DNA of 64,000 nucleotides, taken from the NCBI GenBank assembly GCA_041937175.2, contig CP166615.1, forward strand, positions 2,624,001 to 2,688,000, given 5' to 3'. The notes below the pieces were generated by a model. It saw only the letters and a program-made list of their open reading frames with translations. It did not search any database and was not told the origin of the DNA. The number at the start of each line of letters is the position of its first letter. The stretch's first letter is position 1. Below, piece by piece: positions 34,929 to 45,327 of this stretch. Origin of the DNA: Limnothrix sp. BL-A-16. Its GTDB lineage: Bacteria; Cyanobacteriota; Cyanobacteriia; CACIAM-69d. A program made the position numbers and the translations under genes.

Positions 34929-36167
34929 TTAACCTTTGATCACGATCCACTGAGTCACGGGTGCCATTGCTTTCCAGCCCAGAAATTTGCCGACGGGCGC
35001 TGCCCGCTGAATGGCAATTCGGGTCAGGGTTCCGCCAAGCTTACTCTGCCACTGAAATAGCATTTGTTCACTTTCGACGGTGACCGCATTGGCAACCAGG
35101 CGACCACCGGGACGCAGTGCTTGCCAGCAAGTCTCCAATAGATTGGGCGTGGTGAGTCCACCGCCAATAAAAATCGCATCGGGTTCTGGGAGATCCCTGA
35201 GTGAATCTGGGGCAACTCCCGCCACAACGTGGAGTTGGGGAACGCCTAAAGCATGGGCATTGTTGGCGATATATTGCAGGCGATCGGGGTGCTGTTCAAT
35301 GGCGATCGCCCGACATCGGCGATCGCACCGCAGCCATTCAATGGCGATCGACCCACAGCCAGCCCCCACATCCCACAGCAGTTGACCGGGTGATGGCGCA
35401 AGGGCCGATAAAGTCACTGCACGAACTTCCCGTTTGGTTAACTGTCCATCGTGGTGATAGGCAGTGTCGGGCAGTCCAGGGGTACGAGGCGAGAGGAGCG
35501 CTGGGGACGTTCGGGACGTTGGGGGCAAAGTCAGGGCAATGGTATTGAGATCGGCCAACTCGGGAGCCGTCCAGGTGGCAGCCGTCCCCGTCGTGATCCG
35601 TTCATGAATACCGCCCATACGTTCCAAAACCGTGATTTGACTGTCGCCGTAGCCCTGCTGGGTCAGGCGTTGGGCGACCGCTTTGGGAGTCGTTTTGTCA
35701 GCGCTGAGGATCAAGATTTTGGCAGCGGGGTACAGCACGGCGTTCAAGAGCGCCGGATCGCGTCCACAGAGGCTGAGGGTTTCCACTTCGGTCAGTGACC
35801 AACCCAGACGGGCACAGGCCAGGCTAAAGGCAGAGGGAGCGGGAATGATCGTCATTTCCCCGATCAAAATGTGGCGGATCAGGGTTACGCCAATGCCACA
35901 ACACATTGGATCACCGCTGGCCAGAACACAGACCGCTTGCCCCCGACGTTGCACGATTTGCTGCACTGAGTCAGCGATCGGGGAAGTCCAGAGTAGTCTT
36001 TCACATGGCTTGTCGGATTGACCCCCTTGCTCGTCTGAGGGCAACAGCGCAAGATGACGCGCTCCGCCCACAATCACGGTTGCTTGGGCCAGGAGCGATC
36101 GCCCCACTGGACTCACTCCCTCCCAGCCATCCTCACCAATACCGATGATCGATAGCCACTTTTGCAT
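34929..36167 (-). CDS. cobL: Precorrin-6Y C5,15-methyltransferase (decarboxylating), fused CbiE-CbiT
   Basis: IIGIGEDG, LASGDP, LTKREVR, WDVGAGCGSIAIEW, GGRLVANAVT; start at ATG 36167 behind GGAGGAGG. Confidence 0.94.
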   Translation of the reverse strand: MQKWLSIIGIGEDGWEGVSPVGRSLLAQATVIVGGARHLALLPSDEQGGQSDKPCERLLWTSPIADSVQQIVQRRGQAVCVLASGDPMCCGIGVTLIRHILIGEMTIIPAPSAFSLACARLGWSLTEVETLSLCGRDPALLNAVLYPAAKILILSADKTTPKAVAQRLTQQGYGDSQITVLERMGGIHERITTGTAATWTAPELADLNTIALTLPPTSRTSPALLSPRTPGLPDTAYHHDGQLTKREVRAVTLSALAPSPGQLLWDVGAGCGSIAIEWLRCDRRCRAIAIEQHPDRLQYIANNAHALGVPQLHVVAGVAPDSLRDLPEPDAIFIGGGLTTPNLLETCWQALRPGGRLVANAVTVESEQMLFQWQSKLGGTLTRIAIQRAAPVGKFLGWKAMAPVTQWIVIKG

Positions 36168-36253
36168 TCCTCCTCCTTGCATTCAAAAAGCGGTTGATTT
36201 TTGCAAATTTTACGAGTCCAATGTTGAGCACTCTCCATGTGATACGCTGCATT

Positions 36254-36410
36254 GGCTTGAAGTTGGGAAAGTTCGGTAAGATCCCGACACTGTGCCGCAA
36301 CTGTAATGCGATTTTAGATTGGCAATTTTAGATTAGAACTTCAGAATTCAATCCAAAATTCAACCTCCAAAATTTGAAATCGAGCAAGTCAGAATGCCAA
36401 CCTCAAGTCT
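36254..36410 (+). ncRNA. Cobalamin riboswitch upstream of cobG
   Basis: GGGAAAGTTCGGT...CCGACACTGTGCCGCAACTGTAA core; B12 box AAGTCAGAATGCC; closing helix GGCTTGAAGTTGG/CCAACCTCAAGTC. Confidence 0.85.
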
Positions 36411-36426
36411 GTTCTAACGAAGTTAA

Positions 36427-38049
36427 TTGGCAGAACAATACCCTGTGAATTCTCTGCGGCGCACGGAGAAGGAGGATCCCGTGACTTGGCTAATGGAACC
36501 GAATCGCTGTCCAGGGCTGTTCTATGGAACTCCAGCCCAAGATGGATTTCTAATGCGGATTCGCATTCCTGGTGGGTTCTTGAATTGTCAGCAAGGACAG
36601 GCGATCGCCACCCTCGCGGAACAATGGGGCAGTGCAGCAATCCAAGTGACGAATCGAGCCAACTTACAAATTCGAGCCGTCCACAATCCACCAGCCGCCG
36701 AGGTTTTTCAGACCTTACAGACGCTGGGACTGGCGGCTCAAAATCCCAAGATTGACCATCTCCGCAATGTGATGGCTAGCCCCACGGCAGGAATCGATCC
36801 CCAAGAGTTAATTGATACTCGTCCTTGGATACAAGCCTTAGATGCCTATATTCAAACCCATCCAGAGCTGGCTGATCTGCCTGCTAAATTCAGCATTGGA
36901 ATTGACGGTGGCGGCGCAGTCGGAATTGGTACGCGCTACTCCTGTGGCAATGCTTCGCCCACGGAAATTCCCTGGGAACATCGTTACAACGAGATTCAGC
37001 TTTCGGCTGTTGCGGGCGGTGGGCAATTAGGAAACGGGAAGGAGGCGGTGTTTTTTCGGTTGCACTTAGGAGGAGATAAGCAATTACGAGATCCAAAAGT
37101 GTTAATTCAGCCGGATCAATGTATGCCCGTCATATCAGCTTTGACCAGGGTTTATCTGGATTATGTGCATCAGAATTCGCACCAACAAAATTCGCACCAA
37201 CAAAACTCGCACCAACAGAAAAAGCCCCGAATGAAACACCTGCTGCAAGATTGGGGCATGGAGCGCTATCTCCGGCAGGTGAATCAGTATTTAGCCTCTC
37301 CACTCCGGTTAGGTGCTACCTGTCCTACGCCTCGCCCAACTCAGCGGTATGCCCATTTGGGGGTTCATCCGCAACGACAATTGGGATTGTCTTACGTTGG
37401 CATTCATCTGAGCTTGGGACAACTGACCGGAGCGCAATTGCGGGAATTGGTACAACTCTCCGCAACTGTTGGGAGTGGCGAACTGCGACTAACCCCCTGG
37501 CAAACGGTTGTGCTGCCGAATATTCCCGATCGCCAAGTGGCTGAGGTACTGCAACACCTTGAATCATGGGGATTGTCCATATCCGCCAATCGGGTTGCGG
37601 CGGCGATCGTGGCTTGTGGCGGAAAACCGGGCTGCGCTGCCTCAGCAACCCAAACGCAAACCGATGCGATCGCCCTAACCCAAGTCCTCAATCAACATTT
37701 GGTGCTAGAGTCGCCCGTCAACATTCATCTCACAGGCTGTCCAAAATCTTGCGCACAACCCAGTCCGGCTGAAATTACTCTGTTGGGTGCGATGATCGAG
37801 CAGTCCGGTGAAATCGTGGAAGGCTATCAGATCTATGTCAGCACAGCGCAATGCTCGGGTGATGTCAAAGAAGCCGTGATGCAACATCATCTGGGGGGTG
37901 TTATTGCTTCTGAGCTGCCTTCAAAAATTGCCAAATTACTGGTGCTCTATCAACAACACCGAGCAACATTAGATGAGTCTTTTGGAGCATTCGCCGCTCG
38001 GTTTTTAATACCCACAATGCAACCCTCGATCGCGTCCTCAAACCTTTAA
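36427..38049 (+). CDS. cobG: Precorrin-3B synthase (O2-dependent monooxygenase)
   Basis: CPGLF...AQDG..MRIRIPGG, VTNRANLQIR, RNVMASP, LPAKF, RLTPWQ, ACGGKPGC, HLTGCPKSCA; precedes cobHIJ. Confidence 0.88.
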   Translation: MAEQYPVNSLRRTEKEDPVTWLMEPNRCPGLFYGTPAQDGFLMRIRIPGGFLNCQQGQAIATLAEQWGSAAIQVTNRANLQIRAVHNPPAAEVFQTLQTLGLAAQNPKIDHLRNVMASPTAGIDPQELIDTRPWIQALDAYIQTHPELADLPAKFSIGIDGGGAVGIGTRYSCGNASPTEIPWEHRYNEIQLSAVAGGGQLGNGKEAVFFRLHLGGDKQLRDPKVLIQPDQCMPVISALTRVYLDYVHQNSHQQNSHQQNSHQQKKPRMKHLLQDWGMERYLRQVNQYLASPLRLGATCPTPRPTQRYAHLGVHPQRQLGLSYVGIHLSLGQLTGAQLRELVQLSATVGSGELRLTPWQTVVLPNIPDRQVAEVLQHLESWGLSISANRVAAAIVACGGKPGCAASATQTQTDAIALTQVLNQHLVLESPVNIHLTGCPKSCAQPSPAEITLLGAMIEQSGEIVEGYQIYVSTAQCSGDVKEAVMQHHLGGVIASELPSKIAKLLVLYQQHRATLDESFGAFAARFLIPTMQPSIASSNL

Positions 38050-38072
38050 AATTCGCCTATCTCAAAAGTCAA

Positions 38073-38702
38073 ATGATTGACTACATTCGCAACGGCGATG
38101 ATATTTATCGCAAATCATTTGCCATCATTCGTGCAGAAACTAACCTAGAGCATTTATCCAATGGTTTAGCGCTAGTTGCCGTGCGGCTGATTCATGCTTG
38201 TGGCATGACTGATATTGTGCAGGATCTCGCCGCTTCATCCCATGCGGTCCAAGCTGGACGCGAGGCACTCAAGGCCGGTGCGCCCATTCTGTGCGATTCG
38301 CAAATGGTAGCCAATGGCATTACTCGTAAGCGACTTCCGGCGAATAATGCGATTATTTGCACCCTGAATCGCCCGGAAGTTGCGGAGATTGCCCAACGGA
38401 TCGACAATACGCGATCGGCTGCGGCCATTGATCTTTGGCAACCTCACCTCGCTGGGGCAGTCGTTGCGATCGGGAACGCCCCAACGGCTCTTTTCTATCT
38501 CCTAGAACAATTAGATCAGGGCTGGCCGAAACCTGCTTTGATTTTGGGTTTCCCCGTCGGCTTTGTGGGAGCTGCTGAATCCAAGGCCGAATTGGCGGCC
38601 AACAGTCGCGGCGTGCCCTTCATCACGCTTCAGGGTCGGCGAGGGGGAAGCGCGATCGCCGCCGCTGCCATTAATGCCTTAGCGAAGGAGAACGAACTAT
38701 GA
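38073..38702 (+). CDS. cobH: Precorrin-8X methylmutase
   Basis: IYRKSFAIIRAE, RLIHACG, IGNAPTAL, GFPVGFVGAAESK, GRRGGS. Confidence 0.96.
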   Translation: MIDYIRNGDDIYRKSFAIIRAETNLEHLSNGLALVAVRLIHACGMTDIVQDLAASSHAVQAGREALKAGAPILCDSQMVANGITRKRLPANNAIICTLNRPEVAEIAQRIDNTRSAAAIDLWQPHLAGAVVAIGNAPTALFYLLEQLDQGWPKPALILGFPVGFVGAAESKAELAANSRGVPFITLQGRRGGSAIAAAAINALAKENEL

Positions 38703-39400
38703 ACATGGGTAAACTCTATGGACTCGGCATTGGGCCAGGAGACCCGGAGCTGTTGACCCTGAAGGCACACCGGATTTTGACCACTGTTCCTGTGATTGCT
38801 TACCCCACTTTGGAAAATGGCAAGGTTTTGGCGCGGGCGATCGTGGCTGATTTCATTCGTCCCGACCAAATTGAGATTCCGATGCCGTTGCCCTTTAGCG
38901 TGGAGCGATCGTCCCAACCCTACTACGACAGGGCTGCTGAGAAAATCGCTGAGCATCTGAGCCAGGGACGGGACGTGGCGGTGCTGTGCGAGGGAGAACC
39001 GATGCTGTATGGCACGTTTATGTATCTGTTTCAGCGGTTAGCGCCGCGATTTCCGACCGAAGTGGTTCCGGGCATTTCTTCGACCATGGCCAGTGCCGCC
39101 ATGTTGGGTGCGCCGATCACCTTTCGCAATGATGTATTGAGCATTATGCCGGCCACGTTGGATGCCCAAACCCTGCGCGATCGCCTCGCGGTGGCGGATG
39201 CCGCAGTCATCATTAAACTGGGCAGACACTTTGCGAAAGTCCGCACCATTTTGGATGAACTGGGACTCCTCGATCGCGCCCTTTACATTGAACGAGCGAC
39301 TCAACCCACTCAACGAATTGTTGCCATTACCGAGATTGATTCAGCCGAAGTTCCCTACTGGTCCCTGATTCTGATTCCCAGCCAAACTCAACCCCAATGA
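38699..39400 (+). CDS. cobI: Precorrin-2 C20-methyltransferase
   Basis: GLGIGPGDPELLTLKA, EGEPMLYGTF, VVPGISS, IIKLGR; ATGA overlap with cobH. Confidence 0.93.
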   Translation: MNMGKLYGLGIGPGDPELLTLKAHRILTTVPVIAYPTLENGKVLARAIVADFIRPDQIEIPMPLPFSVERSSQPYYDRAAEKIAEHLSQGRDVAVLCEGEPMLYGTFMYLFQRLAPRFPTEVVPGISSTMASAAMLGAPITFRNDVLSIMPATLDAQTLRDRLAVADAAVIIKLGRHFAKVRTILDELGLLDRALYIERATQPTQRIVAITEIDSAEVPYWSLILIPSQTQPQ

Positions 39401-39426
39401 AACTGCTAATTAACTGCTAATTAACA

Positions 39427-40899
39427 ATGAGTTCACTTGCGATCATTATTTTAGGAGAAGCCAGTATTCCCATTGCTCGTCAGATCCAAACAGCTAATCC
39501 GGATGCCGTGATCTATGGATTAGCCAACCGGACTCAATCGGCAGATTTGATCTACGACGACTTTGGCGATACGGTGCGGGAGCTGTTTCGATCGGGCACT
39601 GCCATTCTTGGGATTTGTGCCGCTGGCATTTTAATCCGGACGATCGCTCCCCTCCTGATCAACAAATGGCAGGAACCACCCGTTTTAGCGATCGCCGAAG
39701 ATGGTAGTGCCGTTGTGCCGTTATTGGGTGGCTTGCAGGGCGTGAATCAGTTAGCGCGTCAAATTGCCGCTGTTCTTCGCGTTTCTGCGGCCATTACCAC
39801 AACGGGCGAGCTACGATTTCAAGCCGCTTTGTTGTCGCCACCACCAGCCTATCGCTTAGTCAATCCTGAGGATGCAAAGACCTTTATTGCCGACTTACTG
39901 GCAGGCGCAACCGTCAAGCTGATTGGGGAAGCGCCTTGGCTCACCATGAGTCGATTACCGATCGCGACAGAGGGGAATGAAGAAAGCAAAAACATTCCTG
40001 ACGGGCGATCGCTCACAATTGCAATCTGGCCCAAAGATGGCGCTGAACCGGCAAAAATTCCCAGCACAGATTGCTTAGTCTATGAATTTGACCCGGAATC
40101 GATCGCACCCGATTCTCTACTGTCAACACCGAATCGCCACCCGGGAAAATTAGCGATCGTTGGTACAGGCCCCGGCTCCGCCGCCTGGATGTCTCCTGAA
40201 GCCCAAGCAATCTTGCGATCAGCCACAGATTGGGTAGGCTACAAAACTTATCTAGATCTAGCAGCACCATTGCGGCAACCTCATACCATTTGCCATGAGT
40301 CGGATAACCGAGTGGAACTCGATCGCGCCCGCACTGCTTTAGATTTAGCCGCAACCGGACGAACCGTAGCGATCGTATCCTCAGGTGATCCGGGTATTTA
40401 TGCGATGGCAGCGGCCGTATTTGAAGTGCTAGACCGAGAGGCCAAACCAGAGTGGGAACCAATTAACATTCAGGTCTATCCTGGCATTTCAGCCATGCAA
40501 GCCGCCGCCGCTCAAGTGGGCGCACCCTTGGGGCATGATTTTTGCACCATTTCCCTCTCCGACATTCTCAAACCTTGGGACGTGATTGCCCAACGGGTCA
40601 CCGCCGCCGCCCAAGCTGATTTCGCGATCGCCTTTTACAATCCTGTTTCCAAACAGCGCACTTGGCAACTCGCAAAAGCCAAGGAGATTTTGTTGCAGTG
40701 GCGATCGCCCCAAACACCTGTCGTATTAGCCCGGAACTTGGGCCGGCCCGGACAAACAGTGGCGGTTAAATCCCTGGAACAATTGGCGATCGATGACGCT
40801 GACATGCGAACGGTGATCTTGATTGGATCTAGCAAAACTCGAATGATCCAACAGCGATCAGGAAAACAATGGATCTATACCCCGAGACAATACTCGTAG
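39427..40899 (+). CDS. cobJ: Precorrin-3B C17-methyltransferase with N-terminal CbiG-like domain
   Basis: N-term GICAAGILIR..APL..K..EPPV...PLLGG; C-term GTGPG, VSSGDPGIYAM, ISLSDILKPW, FYNP.S. Confidence 0.92.
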   Translation: MSSLAIIILGEASIPIARQIQTANPDAVIYGLANRTQSADLIYDDFGDTVRELFRSGTAILGICAAGILIRTIAPLLINKWQEPPVLAIAEDGSAVVPLLGGLQGVNQLARQIAAVLRVSAAITTTGELRFQAALLSPPPAYRLVNPEDAKTFIADLLAGATVKLIGEAPWLTMSRLPIATEGNEESKNIPDGRSLTIAIWPKDGAEPAKIPSTDCLVYEFDPESIAPDSLLSTPNRHPGKLAIVGTGPGSAAWMSPEAQAILRSATDWVGYKTYLDLAAPLRQPHTICHESDNRVELDRARTALDLAATGRTVAIVSSGDPGIYAMAAAVFEVLDREAKPEWEPINIQVYPGISAMQAAAAQVGAPLGHDFCTISLSDILKPWDVIAQRVTAAAQADFAIAFYNPVSKQRTWQLAKAKEILLQWRSPQTPVVLARNLGRPGQTVAVKSLEQLAIDDADMRTVILIGSSKTRMIQQRSGKQWIYTPRQYS

Positions 40900-40947
40900 C
40901 GCGGCTGCCTTAATTCACTGGGTCAAATTTGTGAGTCAGTCGTCGTA

Positions 40948-40969
40948 ACAAGGGGCTGGAGCATCTTGC
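40948..40969. repeat. Degenerate copy of the dispersed palindrome
   Basis: ACAAGGGGCTGGAGCATCTTGC resembles the variant AAGGGGCTTGAGCATCTTGT inside MITE 54560-54685; lies between convergent cobJ and cbiO. Confidence 0.6.
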
Positions 40970-41021
40970 TGCCTAACGATTTGGCAACGCCAACAGCCTT
41001 TGATATAACCTATCAAAGCTT

Positions 41022-41873
41022 CTAGGATGCGTCCTCGGGGTTAGTCGCAAGGTGAGCACGCAACTCCGAGATTGTCTTCGGTAGTGTCTGGCGCGGATGG
41101 CGCAAGGCCGCGGGCAGGGCATTCCAAACCGCTAAAACCGTTGGGATTTCAAGCTGCAATTGCTGGAGTAGCTCAACATTGTTAAAAACGGTCTCGATCG
41201 GCTGAGACAACACCAGGCTTCCCTCATCTAACACAATCGCCCAATCGGCCCAGGCATAAGCCAGGTCTAGATCGTGGGTTGCCATGATCATCGTCGTCCC
41301 CCGATCGTGAATCCGATCGAGTTCCTGAAACAGGTTACGAGTTTGTCGGGCATCCAGATAGGCCGTCGGTTCATCCAGCAACAACAATTCCGGTTGCAGC
41401 GCCATCACTCCAGCCAAAGCCACCCGGCGCTTTTGACCTAGGCTCAGATAATGGAGCGGGGTGTTAGCAAGTTCTGTTAAGCAAAAGTCCGCCAGCGTTG
41501 CCTGAAGTCGTCTGCGGATTTCTGCCTCAGGCAACGACAAGTTACAAAGTCCATAGGAAATATCCTCAGCAACCGTCGCCGCCACCAATTGTCGTTCTGG
41601 ATTTTGAAACGTCAGTCCAATTCGCTGTCGCCACAAATTGAGTGCAGTGGCACGATAGTTTAAAGGCTGACCTTGCCAAGTGATGATTCCTGAAGTGCAA
41701 CGATACAATCCAGCAATCAAAAACAACAGTGTTGATTTACCACAGCCATTGTGGCCTAAAATCACAGTCTTTTGACCCACAGGCACCTTGAAACTGAGTT
41801 GCCGAACAGCAAAACGATCGCAATGAGGATAGGCATAACAAACTTCATGAAGTTCCAACAGCACATCAGCCAT
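41022..41873 (-). CDS. cbiO: Cobalt ECF transporter ATPase
   Basis: GHNGCGKST, FQNP, LSLGQKRRVALAG, LLDEPT; TGATG overlap with cbiQ. Confidence 0.92.
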   Translation of the reverse strand: MADVLLELHEVCYAYPHCDRFAVRQLSFKVPVGQKTVILGHNGCGKSTLLFLIAGLYRCTSGIITWQGQPLNYRATALNLWRQRIGLTFQNPERQLVAATVAEDISYGLCNLSLPEAEIRRRLQATLADFCLTELANTPLHYLSLGQKRRVALAGVMALQPELLLLDEPTAYLDARQTRNLFQELDRIHDRGTTMIMATHDLDLAYAWADWAIVLDEGSLVLSQPIETVFNNVELLQQLQLEIPTVLAVWNALPAALRHPRQTLPKTISELRAHLATNPEDAS

Positions 41874-42679
41874 CAAACACCTGGAAAAAGTCGAATCTTC
41901 AGCTCCAAAATCATTAATCCAACACAGCCAGCAATCGCCTCAATGGCGTAGCGTTTCGAGTAAAAATAAGATTGACCAGCTTCAACTCGAAAACTACCAT
42001 TGAAGCCGCGGGCTGCTAAGGCCAGTGAGAAATGTTGATAATGTTGTAGCGATCGCACCAGTAACTGACTAACCAGCAGCCCCACACTGTAAATCCACCG
42101 TTGCCTTGTCCGATACCCTCCTCTTGCACGCTGGGCCAGTTGTAATTCAGTCATGACCGCTAACAGCAAGAAAATAAATCGATACATCAGCAACAACAGT
42201 TCAGTTAACAAAACCGGAACTCGCCATTGTCTGAGGACTTGCAGTAAATCGGTAAACGGCGTAGTCAACAACACAAACAGCAAGCAAGAGGTACAGGCGA
42301 TCGACCTCATTCCAATCTGCAATGCTTGCACCAGTCCACTGCGGCTGACCCAAAGATAGCCATTGGCGATCGCCACCCCACCCACCTGATCCTGCTGAAC
42401 AGATACCATCTGCTCAATTGAGACCAAATTCAGGACTAAAGCCAGCAGGCTAGTGACCAAAAACAACCCAGCAGCCATCAAAACCTGCAAGTACACCTTG
42501 ATGGGAATGCGGGCATAGCCCACCGTCCAAACAGCCAGCCACAACACAATCAGCAGTTGGGTACTGATCTGTGCCATCAGAGCAATCAGAAGGGTGGCGA
42601 TCGCAAACCACAGCTTTTGTTGGGGTGAAATGCACCGTAACCGATTAGTGCAGGCGTAGACATCTAGGTGATGAGCCAT
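41873..42679 (-). CDS. cbiQ: Cobalt ECF transporter T component
   Basis: TM protein with LMYRFIF, AQRARGG and ALAARGF motifs. Confidence 0.92.
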   Translation of the reverse strand: MAHHLDVYACTNRLRCISPQQKLWFAIATLLIALMAQISTQLLIVLWLAVWTVGYARIPIKVYLQVLMAAGLFLVTSLLALVLNLVSIEQMVSVQQDQVGGVAIANGYLWVSRSGLVQALQIGMRSIACTSCLLFVLLTTPFTDLLQVLRQWRVPVLLTELLLLMYRFIFLLLAVMTELQLAQRARGGYRTRQRWIYSVGLLVSQLLVRSLQHYQHFSLALAARGFNGSFRVEAGQSYFYSKRYAIEAIAGCVGLMILELKIRLFPGV

Positions 42680-42703
42680 AAACCGCCGCAACCTCGCGCG
42701 CGT

Positions 42704-43006
42704 TCAATCTTCTCGGTGATCTTGCCCCTTGCTTTTGCCGCGATAGCGCCCAATCACAAAACCAATAGTCCCGGCTCCCAGTGCAGCTTGGGAAGCAAAT
42801 AACAGACTTTCAATTTCACCGCTGGGCGGCTCAAACAGCGGCTGAAACCAAGGTTGATAGCCGGGTTGAACTTCCCCGATCATCTCCTCCGCCTTTACAT
42901 CAGCCCCCTCATAGTCACCCTTCACCCAGAACAAGGGCAGCACTGCCAGCGCCAGCACTGCAATCACCAGCAGCCCGTTTTCGTATTTCTTTAGTGGATT
43001 ATTCAT
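42704..43006 (-). CDS. cbiN: Cobalt ECF transporter CbiN
   Basis: GAD, YQPWFQPLFEPPSGEIESLLFASQAALGAG. Confidence 0.95.
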   Translation of the reverse strand: MNNPLKKYENGLLVIAVLALAVLPLFWVKGDYEGADVKAEEMIGEVQPGYQPWFQPLFEPPSGEIESLLFASQAALGAGTIGFVIGRYRGKSKGQDHRED

Positions 43007-43010
43007 TGTT

Positions 43011-43763
43011 TTACGCCTCCTGCTTCAGTACCCTCAGTGTTTCCAGATCTGGGCGAGCGTAGGCTTGTAGCCAGTTCCAGACCAGAACCGTCAGCAACCC
43101 TTCAGCGATCGCCAAGGGAATTTGCGTGATGGCAAAGATCCCAGCAAACTTCAAAAATGCCGCCATAATCCCCCCTTGGGCAGCCGGGAAAGCCAGGGCA
43201 AGCTGAATAGAAGTCACGATGTAGGTCAACAAATCGCCCAACGCAGCCGCCAGAAAGATCGCTAATTTTTGAGAACCTAGCTTCAACAGGAGATAGTAAA
43301 TTCCATAGGCAACATAGGGCCCCACGATCGCCATCGAAAACAAGTTGGCACCCAGCGTTGTTAGACCCCCATGAGCCAGTAACAATGCCTGAAACAGAAG
43401 GACGATGCTGCCCAACACTGTCATGACGGAAGGTCCAAACACAATTGCACCCAAGCCTGTTCCTGTTGGGTGCGAGCAACTCCCCGTGACTGAAGGAATC
43501 TTGAGCGCAGAAAGGACAAAGGTAAACGCACCCGCCAAGGCCAGCAGCGGCTTTAATTCAGGGTTTTGCCGCGCGATTTGAGTCAGCGATCGCCAGCCCA
43601 CAATCAAGAAAGGTAACGAAACTGCCCACCAAAATACTGCCCACTGCACTGGCAGAAACCCTTCCATAATGTGCATCGCCTGGGCAGGGGCTGGGCAGCT
43701 AACAACCCCATAGAAACTTAGCCCTGCCATGATGGCAAGGCTCAATCGTTTAGATAACTTCAT
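43011..43763 (-). CDS. cbiM: Cobalt ECF transporter S component
   Basis: Signal peptide ending AQA then MHIMEGFL (metal-binding mature N-terminus); [19 protein letters not shown]. Confidence 0.96.
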   Translation of the reverse strand: MKLSKRLSLAIMAGLSFYGVVSCPAPAQAMHIMEGFLPVQWAVFWWAVSLPFLIVGWRSLTQIARQNPELKPLLALAGAFTFVLSALKIPSVTGSCSHPTGTGLGAIVFGPSVMTVLGSIVLLFQALLLAHGGLTTLGANLFSMAIVGPYVAYGIYYLLLKLGSQKLAIFLAAALGDLLTYIVTSIQLALAFPAAQGGIMAAFLKFAGIFAITQIPLAIAEGLLTVLVWNWLQAYARPDLETLRVLKQEA

Positions 43764-43810
43764 GTTTGTCTGTTGCCTCGCAGACAGGTTCGTAAAACAT
43801 GGATTCTTAA

Positions 43811-43926
43811 ATCGGCGGGCATCCTGACTCAGAGATTAATTTCTCATCACAGTTGCGGGACAGCGGCAGATTCGCACTGCACTTTCCCCCTTGCGTTTGA
43901 TGGCTGTTCCCCATCAAAACCGATCG
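43811..43926 (-). ncRNA. Cobalamin riboswitch upstream of cbiMNQO
   Basis: Minus strand CGGTTTTGATGG...CCATCAAA...GGGGAAAGTGCAGTGCGAATCTGCCGCTGTCCCGCAACTGTGA...GAGTCAGGATGCCCGCCGA. Confidence 0.92.
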
Positions 43927-43940
43927 CATCCAACAATAAC

Positions 43941-43974
43941 GTAGGGGCGGCCCAACTCGGCAGGCTACCCCTAC
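43941..43974. repeat. GTAG-type REP-like inverted repeat (may also terminate rocD transcription)
   Basis: GTAGGGGCGGCCC...AGGCTACCCCTAC. Confidence 0.55.
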
Positions 43975-44073
43975 ATTTCTTTATGGCATCTCGAATGATT
44001 AGTCGTTGTTGCCGTGATCAGTCATGGTGCAAACACAAGCATTCCGAGCGAAGAAGTTCGACCACGGCAATGA

Positions 44074-45327
44074 TTAAGCCGCCGTCAACACCCGTTCAAT
44101 CCGCTCTAGGGCCCAATCGAGCTGCGATCGCGTAATCACCAGCGGCGGCGCAAACCGAATAATATCTTCACGGGTTTCCTTCGCCAGCACCCCTTCTTGC
44201 ATCAGGGCCTTGCAGAACCGTCTTGCTCCGCCCGCTTCCGGTTTCAGCTCCACCCCAATCAACATGCCTCGCCCTCGCACTTCTTGGATGTGAGGACTGG
44301 TAATTTCACGCAATCGCATCATGAAGTAAGTACCCAACTCGGCAGCATGATCGGGCAATTGTTCTTCCACAATTACATCCAATGCCGCCATCCCTACGGC
44401 CGCAGCCAGGGGATTCCCCCCAAAGGTACTGCCATGATCTCCAGGATTAAACACATCCATCACTGCATGGGTACTCACAAAAGCAGAAATGGGATAGAAC
44501 CCACCCGACAATGCCTTACCGATGGTAATTCCATCCGGCTTCACGCCTTCATGTTCAAAAGCAAACATCTTACCCGTGCGCCCCAATCCCGTTTGAATTT
44601 CATCAAACACCAACAGCACATTATTCTGGCGGCACAGACGCTCGGCCTGCTGGAGATAGCCATCGGGGGGAATCATAATGCCACCTTCCCCCTGAATCGG
44701 CTCTAAAAAGAAAGCCGCCGTATGCGGCGTAATCGCAGCTTCCAGGGCTGCCACATCGCCATAGGGCACCACTTTAAATCCCGACGTAAATGGGCCAAAT
44801 CCAGACTGATACTGCTCCTCGGTGGAAAAGCTGATAATGCTAATGGTGCGCCCGGCAAAGTTATTGCTACACACAATAATTTCCGCTTGGTTAGCAGGCA
44901 CGCCCTTCACGGTATAAGCCCATTTACGGATGGCCTTAATCGCCGTTTCAACAGCTTCTGCACCCGAATTCATCGGTAACACCTTGGGCAGTCCTGAAAT
45001 CTGACATAGCTTTTCGTAGAACCGTCCCAACTGATCATTACGGAAGGCGCGAGACGTTAGCGTCACTTTAGCGGCTTGTTCCACCATTGCCTGGAGGATA
45101 CGCGGGTGACAATGACCCTGATTGAGAGCAGAATAGGCGCTCAAGCAATCCAGGTATTTATTGCCATCAATATCCCAAACCCAAACCCCCTGTCCCTCGG
45201 TAATCACAACATCTAATGGATGGTAGTTATCCGCTCCATAGGTGGTTTCTAGATCGATGTAGTCCTGGTTTGTGAGATGAGAAGGGCTAGAGGGGGCCGA
45301 CAAGGCAGTAGGCGAGATCATTGGCAT
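44074..45327 (-). CDS. rocD: Ornithine--oxo-acid transaminase
   Basis: [72 protein letters not shown]; start 45327 or 45321. Confidence 0.88.
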   Translation of the reverse strand: MPMISPTALSAPSSPSHLTNQDYIDLETTYGADNYHPLDVVITEGQGVWVWDIDGNKYLDCLSAYSALNQGHCHPRILQAMVEQAAKVTLTSRAFRNDQLGRFYEKLCQISGLPKVLPMNSGAEAVETAIKAIRKWAYTVKGVPANQAEIIVCSNNFAGRTISIISFSTEEQYQSGFGPFTSGFKVVPYGDVAALEAAITPHTAAFFLEPIQGEGGIMIPPDGYLQQAERLCRQNNVLLVFDEIQTGLGRTGKMFAFEHEGVKPDGITIGKALSGGFYPISAFVSTHAVMDVFNPGDHGSTFGGNPLAAAVGMAALDVIVEEQLPDHAAELGTYFMMRLREITSPHIQEVRGRGMLIGVELKPEAGGARRFCKALMQEGVLAKETREDIIRFAPPLVITRSQLDWALERIERVLTAA

